From Flavobacteriales bacterium TMED96 (GTDB taxonomy: Bacteria; Bacteroidota; Bacteroidia; Flavobacteriales; Flavobacteriaceae), in assembly GCA_002171475.2 (NCBI GenBank), contig NHEX02000054.1:5535-69534 (forward strand): a stretch of 64,000 nt of DNA, given 5' to 3'. Under the pieces are notes generated by a model. The model worked only from the letters and a program-made list of their open reading frames with translations. It was not told the DNA's origin and made no database searches. How positions within the stretch are numbered: the first letter of the stretch is position 1; each line of letters opens with the position of its first letter. Both the position numbers and the translations under genes were made by a program. Shown in pieces: positions 41,212 to 51,435 of the stretch.

Positions 41212-41559
41212 GTTTTTATTACTATTTCTGTTTACCTTCAAATCTTCCTTAATAGACTGAGAAAATTTTTTTATTGCATCTTTAATTTTAATATTTTCGG
41301 TTGCCCTATAAAATGCCTCACCCATTGTTAATAGTGACTGATAAAAAAACTCGTTCATTTCGTCTACGGGCATTTCTTTTGTCCACAAATCTATTGATAA
41401 TGATTCTCTATTTTTATGATCCCATATTGACAAGAAAATTGCTTTAGAAATTTTATTTTTTACTCCACCATCCGGAGCAGACCAAATTAACTTTTCCGGA
41501 ATTTTGTTTTCATCTAGTTTGACTAAAATGTTAATATTAGCTTGTTTTTTCTGCACCAT
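41206..41559 (-). CDS. gldC: gliding-motility-associated protein GldC (probable)
   Basis: 117 aa soluble protein directly downstream of a GldB-like lipoprotein. The size and gldB-gldC synteny match Flavobacterium. Assignment is by context and recollection, not by search. Confidence 0.55.
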   Translation of the reverse strand: MVQKKQANINILVKLDENKIPEKLIWSAPDGGVKNKISKAIFLSIWDHKNRESLSIDLWTKEMPVDEMNEFFYQSLLTMGEAFYRATENIKIKDAIKKFSQSIKEDLKVNRNSNKNL

Positions 41560-41564
41560 TTTTT

Positions 41565-42545
41565 TTAGGGTTTATAATTAGCTTCTTTGAATATTTCTTC
41601 ATAAGATAGTTTTAAAATTTCTGAAATTTTTAATGTTGGATTTTTTTTTCTAAATGATCTCAAAATTTGCCAGCCAATCCATTGACCAATCTTCCCAGGA
41701 CTTTCGTTGTCAATCTCTAAGTAGAATTTTGAAAATGGAGCTGGAATTATAAATCTATCTATTAAATCATCATCAGTTTTAAAGAGCAACTCATTTTCTA
41801 TAAAATATTTCCATATATATTCTTCATTTTGCTTTACCCAATTAATTTGTTCATTAGAATATCCTATTTTTATTTCATCACTTGATAATGGAATAACAAA
41901 ATCTTTTAATAAAAGTATTTTCCCCTTGTATATGATTCTGTCTAAAAAAAATCTACTACTAGGTGATTTGATTATTGAACTAGCAATTTTGTCAACCAAA
42001 ATAGATCCAAATCTATTTTTATCCATATCACTTTTGATGTAATTTGGAATTCCATTATATATGGTATTTTTTGACCCTAAGAATGTGTCAAGAGAAATTA
42101 ATACAATTGTGTCTGCAAAAATTACTTTATTTTGGTAATCAACATTGTTTATCAATGTCAAGAATTTAGGAACTTTTATTGAAGGAAAATTATAAATAAG
42201 ATGCTTGAAAATATTTTCTGCCTCTTTTTCAATATTACTCAAAGTTGGGAAAATTTTATTTACCTCATTTTGTAACATAATCTGAATAGTATCATTTTTT
42301 CTTTTTAACCAAACTCTATCGGAAAATTGACTTGGAAATAAATAATTGTATTTTTTTTTAAAGTTTAGAAATTCATTCTTTTCAATTGATGCGAACTTTA
42401 AATCAAATCTATCAAATTTAATTTCCAAAGGGATTTTTTCAATTTCTGAATTGATTTTTTTATTATCCGAGCATCCTAAAAAAATGAATATAAGACAAAA
42501 TATATTTAAAATAAGAAATACTAATAACTTGAAATGGTTTAGCAT
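41565..42545 (-). CDS. gldB: gliding-motility lipoprotein GldB (probable)
   Basis: 326 aa with a lipobox (IFLGCS). The size and the divergent nadE neighbour match the gldB locus of Flavobacteriia. Confidence 0.55.
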   Translation of the reverse strand: MLNHFKLLVFLILNIFCLIFIFLGCSDNKKINSEIEKIPLEIKFDRFDLKFASIEKNEFLNFKKKYNYLFPSQFSDRVWLKRKNDTIQIMLQNEVNKIFPTLSNIEKEAENIFKHLIYNFPSIKVPKFLTLINNVDYQNKVIFADTIVLISLDTFLGSKNTIYNGIPNYIKSDMDKNRFGSILVDKIASSIIKSPSSRFFLDRIIYKGKILLLKDFVIPLSSDEIKIGYSNEQINWVKQNEEYIWKYFIENELLFKTDDDLIDRFIIPAPFSKFYLEIDNESPGKIGQWIGWQILRSFRKKNPTLKISEILKLSYEEIFKEANYKP

Positions 42546-42592
42546 ACGATTTGTATTTTAATTTTGATTTATTAAATTAAAAAAAAAAATTA

Positions 42593-43390
42593 ATGGATAG
42601 CATTAAAAAAGTGTGCCAATATATTGAAGATTGGTTAACAAGATACATTAAGAAATCTAAAATGAATGGTTTTGTAGTGGGAGTTTCTGGTGGAATAGAT
42701 TCAGCTGTAACTTCGGCAATTTGTGCGAGGACGGGATATCCAACTTTGTGTTTAGAAATGGGTATTAATCAAAATAGATCTCAGGTTTCTAGAGCTAGAA
42801 GCCATATTCAAAGACTAGAGGATAGTTATAAAAATGTATCTCATCAATACTTATCTCTTGACAAATTATTCGATGAGTTTCGTCATATGTTACCAAACAG
42901 CAATAATGAAAGTAAGGAAAATCTTGCTCTAGCAAATTCTAGAGCAAGATTGAGAATGACAACTTTGTATTATTTTTCATCAATAAATAACTATTTGGTG
43001 GCTGGTACAGGAAATAAAGTTGAAGATTTCGGAATAGGCTTTTATACTAAATATGGTGACGGTGGGGTCGATATAAGTCCAATTGCTGATTTGATGAAAT
43101 CAGAGGTTTTTGTTTTGGCAAAATATTTAGATGTTATTGAGGATATACAAAAATCTAAACCAACAGACGGACTATGGGACGATAATAGAACAGATGAAGA
43201 TCAAATAGGTGCGTCATACGATGAAATTGAATTTATAATGAAAAATTTAGATGAAAAATCAAATAAAATTTTTACTAGTAGACAAGGTGAAGTTTACCAA
43301 CTCTACAAAAATTTAAATAGCAAAAATAAGCACAAAATGAATCCCATTCCAGTTTGCAAAATACCAAAAAGTTTAAAGAACTCTATTTAG
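42593..43390 (+). CDS. nadE: ammonia-dependent NAD+ synthetase
   Basis: 265 aa with the PP-loop GVSGGIDSAV and the motif GTGNKVEDFGIGFYTKYGDGG. Confidence 0.9.
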   Translation: MDSIKKVCQYIEDWLTRYIKKSKMNGFVVGVSGGIDSAVTSAICARTGYPTLCLEMGINQNRSQVSRARSHIQRLEDSYKNVSHQYLSLDKLFDEFRHMLPNSNNESKENLALANSRARLRMTTLYYFSSINNYLVAGTGNKVEDFGIGFYTKYGDGGVDISPIADLMKSEVFVLAKYLDVIEDIQKSKPTDGLWDDNRTDEDQIGASYDEIEFIMKNLDEKSNKIFTSRQGEVYQLYKNLNSKNKHKMNPIPVCKIPKSLKNSI

Positions 43391-45337
43391 TTTTGATGAC
43401 ACAATACGTCTTAACTGGTAATATCCCATTACATCTTCAAGAACTCTTTTATTGTTTTTCGTTTTAATATTTTCTTGAAGAGATTCTATTTTTTTATTAA
43501 CCAATAATTTTCGCAAACTCAAAATTGTTTCTGTTACCATTACGCTTACATTTTCTGATGGTAATTTTACGTAAATGCTTTTTTTATCCCACTTATGCAA
43601 AAGGTGCTTCTCATCCTGCAATATAATCGAACTGACTACTTCGCTCAATTCTTTCGATAAAGTTGGTACAATTTTTTCAATCGAAATGAATCCATTAATT
43701 TGATATTCAGTCATTAAAACGTCAAATAAATCTCTGAATTCTTTATTTGCAAATTCTACTTCATCTTGTTGAAGATCCAAAAAAATTTTTTCATATACCT
43801 TAGAATTAACATATTTGTTTTTTTCTATTATTTCATCGTCTTCCTCTGAAAAAATGAGAATAGATTCATTGAATGTTTCTGTTTTTTGTCCATACAGAAT
43901 TAAAATTGTTATTATCTTTTTTTCTAACTCATATAACTCATCTATCGAATCTTCTTTCAAACTCTGGTTTTTAATTAAATTAAAGGGTTTAGTATTCTTA
44001 TTTCTAAGTTTATTTTCCTTGCTTTGTCTAATTTGGGATAAAGTTTTAAAAATTGAATCTTCAGAGATTTTCATGATTTTAGAACAAGTTTGAACGTACA
44101 ACTCTCTCTTAATTATGTCTTTTACAAGACTGATACTTTTAACGATATTGTTTATAACTTCAGCTTTTTTTGTAGGTTCATTTTCATAATCTATAGCTAG
44201 CAAAGATGCTTTGAAGTTTATAAAGTCAAGGCTATTATGTTTTATATAATCTTCAATAAAATCTAAAGAATGTTTTCTAGCCAATGAATCTGGATCTTCT
44301 CCTTCTTGAAGTTTACAGACTCTTACATTCATTCCGTGTTCTAATATCAAATCAACACCTCTTATAGCTGCAGCTATTCCGGCTTCATCTCTGTCAAATA
44401 TTATGGTGATATTTTCAGTTAACCTTTTCACTAACATAATTTGATGTGAACTAAGTGCAGTACCAGATGAAGAAACTACATTTTTAATGCCTTTTTGATG
44501 CAGTTGAATTACATCAGTATAGCCTTCAACTAAATAGCAATTATCTTCTTTTATTATAAAAGACTTAGATTCAAATAAACCATACAATACCTTACTTTTT
44601 TGATAAACTTCACTTTCAGGTGAATTTATATATTTGGCAACCTTTTTGGAGTTTGTCATTATTCTTGCTCCATATCCAAGTACTCTTCCTGAAATACTTT
44701 TAATTGGGAACATTATTCTGTTTTTAAATCTATCAAAACTCTGAATACCTTCTTTTATTGTTAAACCACTTTTCTCAAGATGGGTTATATCATATCCTTC
44801 ATTTATTGCGTGGTCTGTAAAACCCTTTTTCTCATTAAATGATAAACCTAAACCAAATTTATTTATTGATTCTTCTGTGAGTCCGCGGCTATTTAAATAT
44901 GAAATCCCTATAGATTTTCCCTTATCAGAATTAATTAAATTATTTATATAAAATTCATTAGAAAAATTTAAAACTATATAAATACTTTCTCTTAAATCAA
45001 ATTTGATTTGTTCCTCAGGTGTTTTCCTGAATTCTTCTATTTCAATATTATATTTTTTAGCCAAATATTTTAGGGCCTCAGGATAAGAAAAACCCTCATG
45101 CTCCATAAGAAAAGCAACTACATTACCGCCTTTTCCACTACTAAAATCCTTCCAAATTTGCTTTGCCGGTGATACCATAAAACTCGGTGTTTTTTCTTGC
45201 GAAAATGGGCTTAGGCCCTTAAAGTTACTTCCGGCCTTTTTCAAACTTATAAAATCACTAATTACTTCTTCTACTCTAGCTGCTTCGTAAATATTATTTA
45301 TGGTAGTCTTTGAAATCAAATTGTTTAATTTTATCAA
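43373..45337 (-). CDS. dnaG: DNA primase (zinc-ribbon ligands substituted)
   Basis: 654 aa. It has the TOPRIM/RNA-polymerase core (EGYTDV, DRDEAGIAAA). The N-terminal zinc-binding-domain homologue reads GLSPFSQEKTPSFMVSPAKQIWKDFSSGKGGN. Confidence 0.9.
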   Translation of the reverse strand: MIKLNNLISKTTINNIYEAARVEEVISDFISLKKAGSNFKGLSPFSQEKTPSFMVSPAKQIWKDFSSGKGGNVVAFLMEHEGFSYPEALKYLAKKYNIEIEEFRKTPEEQIKFDLRESIYIVLNFSNEFYINNLINSDKGKSIGISYLNSRGLTEESINKFGLGLSFNEKKGFTDHAINEGYDITHLEKSGLTIKEGIQSFDRFKNRIMFPIKSISGRVLGYGARIMTNSKKVAKYINSPESEVYQKSKVLYGLFESKSFIIKEDNCYLVEGYTDVIQLHQKGIKNVVSSSGTALSSHQIMLVKRLTENITIIFDRDEAGIAAAIRGVDLILEHGMNVRVCKLQEGEDPDSLARKHSLDFIEDYIKHNSLDFINFKASLLAIDYENEPTKKAEVINNIVKSISLVKDIIKRELYVQTCSKIMKISEDSIFKTLSQIRQSKENKLRNKNTKPFNLIKNQSLKEDSIDELYELEKKIITILILYGQKTETFNESILIFSEEDDEIIEKNKYVNSKVYEKIFLDLQQDEVEFANKEFRDLFDVLMTEYQINGFISIEKIVPTLSKELSEVVSSIILQDEKHLLHKWDKKSIYVKLPSENVSVMVTETILSLRKLLVNKKIESLQENIKTKNNKRVLEDVMGYYQLRRIVSSKLNRVL

Positions 45338-45355
45338 ACTTAATGAAAAAAGAAT

Positions 45356-46333
45356 TTAATACTTTCTTTCGATTACATAATCTAACATAAATTCAAGTGA
45401 CTGCCTAAAATCACTTTTTGGAAATTCTTGTATCATCTTTAAAGCTTTTGACTTGTATTTCAACATAACTTTTTTTGCATACTCTACACCGCCTTTTTCC
45501 TTGACAAAGCTGATAAGCTGCTTTATCTTGGTTTTATCTTTGTTATGTTTTTTTATGGTATTTAAAATCCAATTTCTTTCGTTTACACTTACCTTGTTAA
45601 TTACATGAATTAAGGGCAAAGTCATTTTTTTATCCTTAATATCAATTCCAATAGGTTTACCAATTTTTTTTTCACTGTAGTCGAATAAATCGTCTCTAAT
45701 TTGAAAGGTTATTCCAATTAGTTCACCAAATAAAAAAAGTTTATCGACTATTTTTTTTTCTGCGTTTACAGACTTTGCTCCTATTGCACAACAGGCTGCA
45801 ATAAGAGTTGCTGTTTTTTTTCTAATTATCTCCAAATATAATTCTTCATTTATGTCAAAACCCCTCGCCTTTTCAGCTTGAAGTAATTCACCTTCACTCA
45901 TTTCTCTAACAGCAATGGAAATATATTCTAATAAATCAAAGTCCTTATTTTCAATACACAATAACATTCCTTTCGATAGAAGAAAGTCACCAACTAAAAC
46001 AGCTATTTTGTTTTTCCACAAGGCATTAATTGAAAAAAAACCCCTTCTAAAATTTGAATCATCAACAATATCATCGTGTACTAGGGTAGCTGTATGAATC
46101 AATTCAATAACCGATGCTCCTCTATATGTTCGGTCATCTATTTTTCCTTTGTTTATTAATTTAGCAGTGAGAAAAATTAACATTGGTCTCATTTGCTTTC
46201 CCTTCCTTTTAACTATAAAATGTGTAATACGATTGATTAAAGGAACATTTGAAAACATAGATAAAGCAAATTTTTCTTCAAAAATTTCCATTTCATGATA
46301 AATTGGTTTTTTTATTTTCTCAACAGCTTTCAC
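45356..46333 (-). CDS. ispB: polyprenyl diphosphate synthase (IspB-like)
   Basis: 325 aa with a GTG start. It has the FARM motif LVHDDIVDDSNFRRG and the SARM motif FQIRDDLFD. Confidence 0.85.
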   Translation of the reverse strand: MKAVEKIKKPIYHEMEIFEEKFALSMFSNVPLINRITHFIVKRKGKQMRPMLIFLTAKLINKGKIDDRTYRGASVIELIHTATLVHDDIVDDSNFRRGFFSINALWKNKIAVLVGDFLLSKGMLLCIENKDFDLLEYISIAVREMSEGELLQAEKARGFDINEELYLEIIRKKTATLIAACCAIGAKSVNAEKKIVDKLFLFGELIGITFQIRDDLFDYSEKKIGKPIGIDIKDKKMTLPLIHVINKVSVNERNWILNTIKKHNKDKTKIKQLISFVKEKGGVEYAKKVMLKYKSKALKMIQEFPKSDFRQSLEFMLDYVIERKY

Positions 46334-47378
46334 TAAGCAAATTTATTAGAATTAACCAATTGGCCGCAAGCAGCTTTTATATCTCTACCTCGTGAAATCC
46401 TAAAGGTGTTAATAATTCCTTCACTAGTTAATTGTCTTTGGTATAGTTGGAGTTTTTCAACTTTACATTGTCTAAAAGTTTCGTCTCCTGTTGGATTATA
46501 CTCTATAAAGTTAACTTTACAAGGTAAAATCTTGCATATCCTCACCAGTGCTCTAATATGTTCAATATTATCATTAATTCCATCAAAAATAATGTACTCA
46601 TAAAGGATTTTCTTTTTTGTGACTCTATACCAATATTTTAAAGATTCCATTAAATCATCTAAAGGAAATTTTTCTGAAAAAGGCATGATTATTTGTCTTG
46701 TTTTTTGAATAGCCGAATGAAGAGATACTGCTATATTGCAATTTAAATTTTCATTTGCAATTTGTTTAATAACTTTAGGTATACCTGAAGTTGAAATTGT
46801 GATTTTTTTCGCAGAAAAGTTTAGGCCACATTCCATCTTCATTTTTTGAATAGCTTTTACCACATTTTTAAAATTTAAAAGAGGTTCTCCCATACCCATA
46901 AAAACAACATTTGATATTTTTCTTTTAAAATGAATTTTACTTTGTTCATTTAAGTAAAATAACTGATCAAAAATTTCATAAAAAAGTAAATTTCTTTTTC
47001 TAACTAACCTCGAAGTTGCACAGAACTTACAGTCTAAACTGCAACCAACTTGAGATGATATACATGCTGTTATTCTATTTTTCGAAGGTATTAAAACAGC
47101 CTCAATTAAATTTTTGTCAAAGAGTTTGATTGAATACTTGATTGTTCCATCAATACTTTTATGTGATTTTATTTCAGTTGGCTTTTTTAAAACAAACTCT
47201 TTGTCAAGAAGGTTTTTTAAATTATCTGATAAATTTGACATTTGCGAGAAATTATCAACACCCTTATTCCAAACCCAATCTAAAACTTGGTCAGCTCTAT
47301 ATTTTTTTGGTTTTTGTCAATAAAAAATTGTTCAAGTTGTTCTGAATTTAGTAACCGGATATCATCTTTTTTTTCCAT
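46333..47378 (-). pseudogene. rlmN: 23S rRNA/tRNA adenine-C2 methyltransferase RlmN (radical SAM), N-terminal 46 codons displaced by a frame break in an A7 run
   Basis: ORF 46333..47241 carries the CSLDCKFCAT radical-SAM cluster but starts at ...QMSNLSD. Upstream, the ATG at 47378 gives MEKKDDIRLLNSEQLEQFFIDKNQK. The ORF frame continues YRADQVLDWVWNKGVDNFSQMSNLS, the conserved RlmN N-terminus. The break is at 47302-47308. Confidence 0.85.
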
Positions 47379-47382
47379 ACGT

Positions 47383-48432
47383 TTAGAGAATTAGCATTGC
47401 ATCTCCGTATGAATAAAATTTATATTTTTCTTTGATAGCTTCATCATACGCTTTTTTAGTAAGATCTTTGCCAGCAAAGGCGCAAACCATCATCAATAAT
47501 GTCGATTTTGGTGTGTGAAAATTTGTGACCATTGAATTTGCAATTGCGAAATCATGAGGAGGAAAAATAAATTTATGGGTCCAGCCTCTGTATGTATTTA
47601 AAGTATTGATTGAAGAAACTGAGCTTTCCAACCCCCTCATAACAGTAGTTCCAACTGCACAAATTCTTTTCTTTTTACGAATTGATTCATTTACTATTTC
47701 TACAGCCTTTTGATCAATTATTAATTCCTCTGAATCCATTTTATGTTTAGATAAATCTTCTACTTCAACTGGATTAAATGTTCCCAAACCCACATGGAGG
47801 GTTATTTCGGCAATATTTACACCTTTAATCTCCATTTTTTTTAGTAAATGTCTTGAAAAGTGTAGACCTGCTGTTGGAGCAGCAACTGCTCCTTCATTTT
47901 TTGCATATATAGTTTGATATCTTTCTTTATCTTCGAGAGTGGGTTCTCTTTTAATATATTTTGGCAACGGTGTCTCACCCAATCCATTAAGTTTAAGCCT
48001 AAATTGCTCGTAAGTTCCGTCAAATAAAAACCTGAGAGTCCTTCCTCTTGAGGTAGTATTATCTATAACTTCTGCGACAAGGCTGTCATCATCTCCAAAG
48101 TAGAGCTTATTACCGATTCTTATTTTTCTTGCCGGATCAACCAAAACATCCCATAACCTTTGTTCTTTGTTAAGCTCTCTTAATAAAAAAACCTCAATTC
48201 TCGCACCAGTTTTCTCTTTATTACCATATAGTCTAGCAGGGAAAACTTTTGTATTATTTATAATAAGAACATCTTCATCTTCAAAAAAATTAATTAAATC
48301 TTTAAACTGATAATGTTCAATCTTCTGGGTTTTTCTATCAATTACCATTAGTCTCGATTCGTCTCTATTTTCGGAAGGGAACTCAGCAAGCAAGTTTTTA
48401 GGTAAATCGTAATTAAAATCTGATAACTTCAT
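47383..48432 (-). CDS. queA: S-adenosylmethionine:tRNA ribosyltransferase-isomerase
   Basis: The likely start is [16 protein letters not shown] (the ORF opens 9 codons earlier, at 48459). It contains [16 protein letters not shown] and a C-terminal YSYGDAMLI. Confidence 0.95.
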   Translation of the reverse strand: MKLSDFNYDLPKNLLAEFPSENRDESRLMVIDRKTQKIEHYQFKDLINFFEDEDVLIINNTKVFPARLYGNKEKTGARIEVFLLRELNKEQRLWDVLVDPARKIRIGNKLYFGDDDSLVAEVIDNTTSRGRTLRFLFDGTYEQFRLKLNGLGETPLPKYIKREPTLEDKERYQTIYAKNEGAVAAPTAGLHFSRHLLKKMEIKGVNIAEITLHVGLGTFNPVEVEDLSKHKMDSEELIIDQKAVEIVNESIRKKKRICAVGTTVMRGLESSVSSINTLNTYRGWTHKFIFPPHDFAIANSMVTNFHTPKSTLLMMVCAFAGKDLTKKAYDEAIKEKYKFYSYGDAMLIL

Positions 48433-48497
48433 TTGATTTGTTTTTTGGCAAATATACATTTTGAAACATCAGCATGTCAAGGTATTTTTATTATATT

Positions 48498-49721
48498 TTA
48501 GATCTGCTCAATTGTAAATCCAGCTTTTTTTAAATCATCCCAAAATTTAGGGTATGATTTTACTACAACATTTGGATTTTCTATAAAAATTGGAACTTTA
48601 AGTGATAAAGGGGCAAATGACATTGCCATTCTATGATCCTGATAAGTATTTATTGTAATATTTTTTTTAATCGCTCTTGTCTTGCAAAGTTTAAGGCTAC
48701 TTTCTGTAATATCTAAGTTTGCTCCCAGTTTTGTTAATTCATTTTTTAACGCAATTAATCTTTTTGTTTCTTTAATATTTAAGGTTTGTAGTCCATATAA
48801 ATAACAACTAACACCAAGTCCGAAACAAGTTACAGCAATGGTTTGAGCTAAATCAGGGCTATTAATTAAGTTTAAATTTAAATTTTTAGGATAAGAAAAA
48901 TCTTTGGTTTTAGTTAAGACTATTTTATTTTCAATGAATTTTGTTTCAACTCCTAAAGCTTCGAAATATTTAATTAAAATTGAATCTCCTTGGATACTAT
49001 TTTTGTAAAAATTGTTTAATTTCACATTTGCTCTTTTACAAAGTGCAACAATACTATACCAGTAAGACGCAGAACTCCAATCTGACTCAACTGTAATATT
49101 TGTTTTTTGAATTTGTGCTAAATAATCTACACTTATTAAGTCACTTTTAATATTTGTTTTTACACCTAAATTATTAAGTAAATGTAAGGTCATTTCTATA
49201 TAAGGTTTTGATATTAATTCTCCTTTTAATTCTAAAGCCAAACCGCCTATTAATTTAGGGGATATAAGCAACATAGCTGAAATAAATTGACTGCTCACAT
49301 TAGATGAAATTTCTACCTTTTTAGATTTTAATTGGTTTCCTCTAATTTTAATTGGAGGAAAACCATCTTTTTCAAGATAAATGATATCCGCACCAATTAA
49401 TTTTAAGCAATTAACTAAAGGGTAAATTGGTCTTTCGTGCATTCTTCTTGAACCTTTTAAAATTACTTCTTCTTGTTTCAATATTGAATAGTAAGCAGTT
49501 AGAAAACGCATTGCAGTTCCTGCATGGCCTACATCTTTAACATTTTTTTTGGATTTCAAAGCATTTTCCAAAACAACAGTATCTTGCGACTCAGACTTGT
49601 TTTTAATTTTTAGTGATGGATAAATACTCTTTAAAATAAGTAATCTATTAGTTATGCTTTTTGAACCTGTTAGGGTCAAATCTACTTTTACACTTATGTT
49701 AGGGTTAAAAATTGAAATCAT
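48498..49721 (-). CDS. aroA: 3-phosphoshikimate 1-carboxyvinyltransferase
   Basis: 407 aa, containing LTGSKSITNR and DHRMAMSFAPL. Confidence 0.95.
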   Translation of the reverse strand: MISIFNPNISVKVDLTLTGSKSITNRLLILKSIYPSLKIKNKSESQDTVVLENALKSKKNVKDVGHAGTAMRFLTAYYSILKQEEVILKGSRRMHERPIYPLVNCLKLIGADIIYLEKDGFPPIKIRGNQLKSKKVEISSNVSSQFISAMLLISPKLIGGLALELKGELISKPYIEMTLHLLNNLGVKTNIKSDLISVDYLAQIQKTNITVESDWSSASYWYSIVALCKRANVKLNNFYKNSIQGDSILIKYFEALGVETKFIENKIVLTKTKDFSYPKNLNLNLINSPDLAQTIAVTCFGLGVSCYLYGLQTLNIKETKRLIALKNELTKLGANLDITESSLKLCKTRAIKKNITINTYQDHRMAMSFAPLSLKVPIFIENPNVVVKSYPKFWDDLKKAGFTIEQI

Positions 49722-50053
49722 TGATTTTTAATTAATTTTTTGTTTTGACTATGTCTTTTTGAATCCCTAGTAGTTTTTTTTATTAATTTCTTATCAAATT
49801 CATACTGTAAATCTATTTTAGTCTGATTAGCAATACAGAAAACAACAAATAATACATCTGATAGTTCCTCAGATAAATTAAGGTTTTCTTCCTTATTTTT
49901 TTTACTTTGCTCACCATATTCTCTAGATATTACCCTTGCAACTTCACCAACCTCCTCTGTTAAAATTGCCATATTGGTCATGATATCAAAATATCTAACC
50001 CCGTATTTTTTTATCCAGTTATCAACTTTTTTTTGAGAATTTTTAATGTCCAT
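49718..50053 (-). CDS. MazG-like nucleotide pyrophosphohydrolase
   Basis: 111 aa with EExxE and ExxD metal motifs (LTEEVGEVARV, LSEELSDVLF). Confidence 0.8.
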   Translation of the reverse strand: MDIKNSQKKVDNWIKKYGVRYFDIMTNMAILTEEVGEVARVISREYGEQSKKNKEENLNLSEELSDVLFVVFCIANQTKIDLQYEFDKKLIKKTTRDSKRHSQNKKLIKNQ

Positions 50054-50122
50054 TTTAATTTTTAATTATTAAAGATATTTCTTTTTATAAACTTATTGGA
50101 TAAGTAGAAATCAATTGATGTA

Positions 50123-51427
50123 TTAAAATCGGTTACATAAATTTTTAATGATAGATGTAAAATTTAATCTACTTTTACCATTTTTAAATGAATTTTCAAA
50201 AATCTCATTATTAAGGATAATAGAAAAATTGCCACTAAATTTTCTTGCTATTTCTTTAAAATTTTGAATTTTATCTTTCATTTCACTTTCACTAATTTTA
50301 TTTATTAATCTATGATGCGCAACAAATGGAGTAACAAGAAGTTTAGTTTTGGTTTCATTTGAAAGATCATAAAAAAAGAAGGATGAACATGTACTAGCTC
50401 TGTATCCAAATGCATCAATATACCCCATAGAAAAATCATTAGCGTAATCTAAAGAAAGAGAGTTTTTATAATCCTCGCTAATTTTTTTTAGCCCTTCTTG
50501 AAGCAGAATTTTATCAATTTTAGTATGAGTTAGTTTAGAGATATTAAAATTTTCGAGTTCAAAAGTTTTTAATTTTTTAAGTGCATTATGTGAGGGTAAA
50601 AGACCAATTTCAAAATTGTCATGAACTTCTTTTATATACTTTTTAAAATTTTCATTCGTTTTTGGAGTTTCACCCCTGAAAAAAGATTCAGATGAAAATG
50701 AAAAAAAAAAGTAAATTTTATTTTTTGTATCTAAAAATAAATCTTTTGTGTAGTTGTCAATCTCCCATGGATCTTTTTTAATCTTAAATAAAACAAGTAA
50801 ATGTTCTATTACTTCCCAGAGATTCAAATTTATTAGATTTTTAAACCAAATCATAAAAGATTCAAAAGGATACTTATTTACGTACTTAAAAGGACGTGAT
50901 AAACTCATTACAATTGAAGCCATTTGGTCATTTGAATCAATTTTACATTTTAACTTTATTTTATTTTCGAATACAGATAGTAGTTTTTCAATCCAAATAT
51001 CAATTAGAGGGATTTCTAAAAAATTCTCCTTGTATGCAATGCTTTCAAGATGGCTAAATTGACTTTGGTTATTGCTTGAATGTGGCATATATTCCTCATA
51101 TCTAGATAACAAAAAGAAAATAGCTGAAAAAATATCAAAAGGCATAGCGGATTTTTGACCAACTTTAAAAAAGCACTTTATATTAGCCCATTCAAATATT
51201 GTTATTTCGTGGTTTTCTAATCCCCTTTCTTCAAGCAATCCATTTGACTGAAAAAATAATTCCTTAGAAATTGGAGCGTCTGCATAGCTAAACTTATATC
51301 CCTTAAAATCAATAAATTCAGACTTTGAATTTGTTATTGAGAAATTTTTATTTAGAATTAATTTAAAAATATGATTAAAAGTATATTCTATCCTTGGAGA
51401 AGTCTTATTGCAATAGATTAAAACCAT
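50123..51427 (-). CDS. conserved hypothetical protein (resembles the Flavobacteriia family usually auto-annotated as polysaccharide-deacetylase-like)
   Basis: 434 aa. The N-terminus MVLIYCNKTSPRIEYTFNHIF and the block FDIFSAIFFLLSRYEEYMPH match my recollection of that family. No catalytic motif could be verified by eye. Confidence 0.4.
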   Translation of the reverse strand: MVLIYCNKTSPRIEYTFNHIFKLILNKNFSITNSKSEFIDFKGYKFSYADAPISKELFFQSNGLLEERGLENHEITIFEWANIKCFFKVGQKSAMPFDIFSAIFFLLSRYEEYMPHSSNNQSQFSHLESIAYKENFLEIPLIDIWIEKLLSVFENKIKLKCKIDSNDQMASIVMSLSRPFKYVNKYPFESFMIWFKNLINLNLWEVIEHLLVLFKIKKDPWEIDNYTKDLFLDTKNKIYFFFSFSSESFFRGETPKTNENFKKYIKEVHDNFEIGLLPSHNALKKLKTFELENFNISKLTHTKIDKILLQEGLKKISEDYKNSLSLDYANDFSMGYIDAFGYRASTCSSFFFYDLSNETKTKLLVTPFVAHHRLINKISESEMKDKIQNFKEIARKFSGNFSIILNNEIFENSFKNGKSRLNFTSIIKNLCNRF

Positions 51428-51435
51428 ATTCTATT

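Noticed and set aside
47114-47345. Two overlapping plus-strand ORFs (69 and 67 aa) in the queA-rlmN gap
   Set aside because: They are antisense to the recovered, conserved N-terminus of rlmN. They have low-complexity composition and no recognisable motifs.
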